Shown here: positions 61,784 to 64,000 of the stretch, piece after piece
Position numbering within the stretch: position 1 is the stretch's first letter
How the letters are laid out: each line of letters opens with the position of its first letter
Assembly: GCA_049617635.1 (NCBI GenBank)
Contig: JBMZJQ010000003.1
Coordinates: 237 to 64,236, forward strand
Source of the DNA: Poseidonia sp.
Lineage (GTDB): Archaea; Thermoplasmatota; Poseidoniia; Poseidoniales; Poseidoniaceae
Direction of reading: 5' to 3'
DNA: 64,000 bases
The notes under the pieces: model-generated
Told to the model about the DNA's origin: nothing
The model's database searches: none
The model's input: only the letters and a program-made list of their open reading frames with translations
Translations under genes and position numbers: made by a program

Positions 61784-62785
61784 ATGTCTCCCTTGAACAA
61801 CCTGCGAAACCGCATTGGCATGGACGCAGGCCATGCAAACCCTCAAAGCGAACAGAATCCACTTCTGTTTGTGCGTAGGTTGGCAGTCTATGCGTTGGGG
61901 GGCAATGCGCTGGCCCCGCCAACCGGTGATGGGAAAGGCGCAGCCACCGTTCTCGCCAAGGTCATGAGCGACATCATCGACCTCCTCGAGATGGATTGGA
62001 GGGTGGTCATCACGCACGGAAACGGTCCTCAAGTCGGCCACCTTCTTTCCCTCGATGAGGAATTGACCCATCGATTGGATGAATGGGTTGCGGCAACACA
62101 GGGCATGATCGGTCACGAACTTTCAACCAACCTGCAGGCGATTCTTCGTCGTCGGCGGAGGCCTGAACGTACCGCCGTCGTGTTGACGAGAGTTGAGGTT
62201 GATGCAGCAGATGAGGCCTTTGCTTGGCCAACCAAACCCGTGGGGCCGGTCCTGGATGCCAAAACCGTGATGTCAGCCGACTGGGACATTGCACAAACCG
62301 TTCACGGTCCGAGGCGCGTGGTGGCAAGCCCTGCTCCTCTCCGGGTGCTGGAAATCGATGTGATTCGTCAGTTGGTTGAACTGCAAGCTGTCGTCATCTG
62401 CGGAGGTGGAGGCGGCATTCCCGTTGCGATGGTTGATGGTGTTGAAATTGGCATGCCTGCCGTGGTCGACAAAGACCTGTTCTCCTCCTCTCTTGCTCAC
62501 GGCTTGGGTGCAGATGCGTTGATCATCAGCACCGAAGCGGACGCCATCTATTCCAACTTTGGTACTCCATCGGCAACCCCCCATCACCACCTTACTCCAG
62601 AGCAAATCGAACGCATGGACGACGAAGGTCAGTTTCCCCCGGGTTCAATGGGTCCAAAGGCAAAGGCCCTGCGCGAGTTTGTTTTCCATTCACCTCAAGG
62701 CAAAGCGTTGTTGTGCCAACCGGGTGATGTGCTTGCAGCCTTGAGGGGTGAAGCAGGAACCACCGTCGCCGCGTCCCAGCCTTAG
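61784..62785 (+). CDS. arcC: Carbamate kinase
   Basis: AVYALGGNAL ... VVITHGNGPQVG signature; GGGGIPV; amino-acid kinase fold length. Confidence 0.8.
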   Translation: MSPLNNLRNRIGMDAGHANPQSEQNPLLFVRRLAVYALGGNALAPPTGDGKGAATVLAKVMSDIIDLLEMDWRVVITHGNGPQVGHLLSLDEELTHRLDEWVAATQGMIGHELSTNLQAILRRRRRPERTAVVLTRVEVDAADEAFAWPTKPVGPVLDAKTVMSADWDIAQTVHGPRRVVASPAPLRVLEIDVIRQLVELQAVVICGGGGGIPVAMVDGVEIGMPAVVDKDLFSSSLAHGLGADALIISTEADAIYSNFGTPSATPHHHLTPEQIERMDDEGQFPPGSMGPKAKALREFVFHSPQGKALLCQPGDVLAALRGEAGTTVAASQP

Positions 62786-62824
62786 GGCCAAAGAATCATG
62801 TTCATATGGTTGCGGCCCTTGGCG

Positions 62825-63271
62825 ATGTCCATGAAGACCCCAATTGTTGCCGAAGCCCACTGTGACGGACCCTGTGGCGTGTACGACCCTGCGAGTGCTC
62901 GTATCGCCGCTGAAGCCGTCCAATCGATGACCAAGAAGATGCTTGCTCTCTCGCCTCCTGATTCCAGTGACGGTGAAGCCATGGCCGCTTACATCAACAC
63001 CATGGCACGTTACGCTGCCATCAAAGAAGAAGAAGCCCAGACCTGCAAGGACGAACTGCTCGTTCTCTGGACCGACTTCTTCAAGCCCCAGCATCTCGAA
63101 GCCAACCCGGACTTGCACGACACGTTTTGGCACGCTGCGAAACTCTGTTCGGCGTGCAAAGTCGAGGTTTCAGCTGACCACGCCCAGGAGTTGATGGATG
63201 CCTGCGAGGCCATTCACACCATGTTCTGGTCGGTGAAAGGCCGCGACGTCCCTTGGGTCCGTGCCTCTTGA
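62825..63271 (+). CDS. sodN: Nickel superoxide dismutase precursor (NiSOD)
   Basis: Ni-hook HCDGPCGVYDP directly follows a short leader (...PIVAEA|HCDG). The ORF begins at 62798; ATGs at 62825 and 62831 give a leader of typical length. Confidence 0.85.
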   Translation: MSMKTPIVAEAHCDGPCGVYDPASARIAAEAVQSMTKKMLALSPPDSSDGEAMAAYINTMARYAAIKEEEAQTCKDELLVLWTDFFKPQHLEANPDLHDTFWHAAKLCSACKVEVSADHAQELMDACEAIHTMFWSVKGRDVPWVRAS

Positions 63272-63280
63272 GGCGCTGGT

Positions 63281-63592
63281 ATGCCCAACCAGGTTGAAGT
63301 GATTCTCCTTGGCGACAGCATGTGGCCCACGTTCTGTGACGGCGACTCCCTGACTTTCGAGGTTGAGATTGACCCCTGCGAAGTGGTGCCTGGCGACGTG
63401 GTGCTTGCAAGTCACCCGTTCAAACTGGACGTGAAGATGGTGAAGCGAGTCCGCTCCATCAACGATGAGGGCCGCTTCTTCCTCGTTGGTGATCATCCCG
63501 ACCCAACCTCGAGCGAAGATTCACACAACTTTGGCCATCTTGACACCACGGCCATCTTGGGAAGATGGACCGGTGAAGTGAAGCGGGCCTGA
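63281..63592 (+). CDS. sodX: S26-family signal-peptidase-like NiSOD maturation protease (SodX)
   Basis: GDSMWPT (catalytic Ser box) and KMVKRV (Lys box). 103 aa, immediately downstream of sodN. Confidence 0.75.
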   Translation: MPNQVEVILLGDSMWPTFCDGDSLTFEVEIDPCEVVPGDVVLASHPFKLDVKMVKRVRSINDEGRFFLVGDHPDPTSSEDSHNFGHLDTTAILGRWTGEVKRA

Positions 63593-63657
63593 CGGGGTTC
63601 GAACCCGCGACCGATGGATTAAGAGTCCATCGCTCTACCTGACTAAGCTACAGGCCC
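63584..63657 (-). tRNA. tRNA-Lys (anticodon CUU), CCA not encoded
   Basis: Reverse complement: GGGCCTG-TA-GCTT-AGTCAGGTA-GAGC-G-ATGGA-CTCTTAA-TCCAT-CGGTC-GCGGG-TTCGAAC-CCCGT-CAGGCCC-G. Overlaps the sodX stop by 9 nt. Confidence 0.85.
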
Positions 63658-63678
63658 ACCTCGGCCTCCTGACGGCTC

Positions 63679-63686
63679 TATTTAAT
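63679..63686 (-). promoter_or_regulatory. TATA-box-like element about 25 nt upstream of tRNA-Lys
   Basis: Minus-strand ATTAAATA, centred about 25 nt upstream of the tRNA 5' end at 63657. Confidence 0.35.
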
Positions 63687-63716
63687 GATTCATGCCTCGG
63701 TGTTCCCGCGAATCGC

Positions 63717-64000
63717 TCAATCCTCTTTGGTCAGCACCTGGACACCATCGTCCGAAGCGAGGATGACGACGTTGCACATTCCGTTGAACAGCCCGACCTG
63801 AACCACGCCGGCAATGTTGAGCAACCGACGTTCTGTCTCGATGGGGTCGACGATGGTTGCTCCGGTTTGGGCGTCGATGATGTGGTTGCCATTGTCGGTC
63901 AACAACGCCTCACCGTTGGTCATTCGCAATGAAGATGAACAGCCCAAGGTTGCTTCGATGGCTCGTTGTGTTGTGCCGCTGGAAAAGGGCGTGACTTCGA
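63717..64000 (-). CDS. rpiA: Ribose-5-phosphate isomerase A, C-terminal part (gene continues beyond the window)
   Basis: EVTPFSSG...LRMTNGEALLTDNGNHIIDAQ...IAGVVQVGLF. The frame stays open to position 64000, and the ORF-track start at 63947 is only a TTG. Confidence 0.75.
   Translation of the reverse strand, partial: EVTPFSSGTTQRAIEATLGCSSSLRMTNGEALLTDNGNHIIDAQTGATIVDPIETERRLLNIAGVVQVGLFNGMCNVVILASDDGVQVLTKED

Noticed and set aside
63584-63716. tRNA-Lys flank examined as a possible integration site of a mobile element carrying sodN-sodX.
   Set aside because: No integrase, no direct repeat of the tRNA 3' end and no other mobile-element gene is visible within the window.

Overview
The window is a gene-dense chromosomal segment, almost certainly from an archaeon. 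Archaeal informational genes include RNase P Pop5, ribosomal protein eS1/S3Ae, proteasome beta, aCPSF1, PurP, a ZPR1-type zinc finger, a SepF-like protein, archaeal-type TrpRS and COG1340-type coiled-coil proteins. These are mixed with bacterial-looking metabolic genes: ThyA-FolA, a PlsC acyltransferase, NiSOD with its SodX protease, and a GshA-type ligase. Giant secreted proteins rich in thrombospondin-type-3 Ca-binding repeats and the overall gene content suggest a marine planktonic euryarchaeote of the Marine Group II / Poseidoniales type. That assignment is an inference only. I recognise about 65 protein genes, 2 tRNAs (Pro-UGG, Lys-CUU) and several in-frame coding tandem repeats. I see no rRNA, CRISPR array, transposase or integrase. 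Internal operon genes are often preceded by GGAGG/GGTGA Shine-Dalgarno-like motifs or have ATGA/GTGA/TGATG stop-start overlaps. The ORF track renders GTG and TTG starts as M, so several starts were re-placed. The best candidate for an undescribed system is the six-gene, translationally coupled operon at 5378-11220. It encodes a Tat-type Rieske protein, a split cytochrome b and no recognisable c-type cytochrome. Its cytochrome b C-terminal (subunit IV-like) module is fused, through a large predicted extracytoplasmic insert and an extra helix, to an HdrD/GlpC-type 2x[4Fe-4S]+2xCCG module. Other candidates are a Roadblock/LC7-GNAT-coiled-coil operon, a degenerate FtsZ-like gene with a TPR partner, a methyltransferase-BirA fusion, a GshA-like/AsnB-like coupled pair, a serine-less PdaD homologue, and an eS1-SAP fusion. 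All family calls rest on motif recognition by eye and recalled family signatures. No searches were run.
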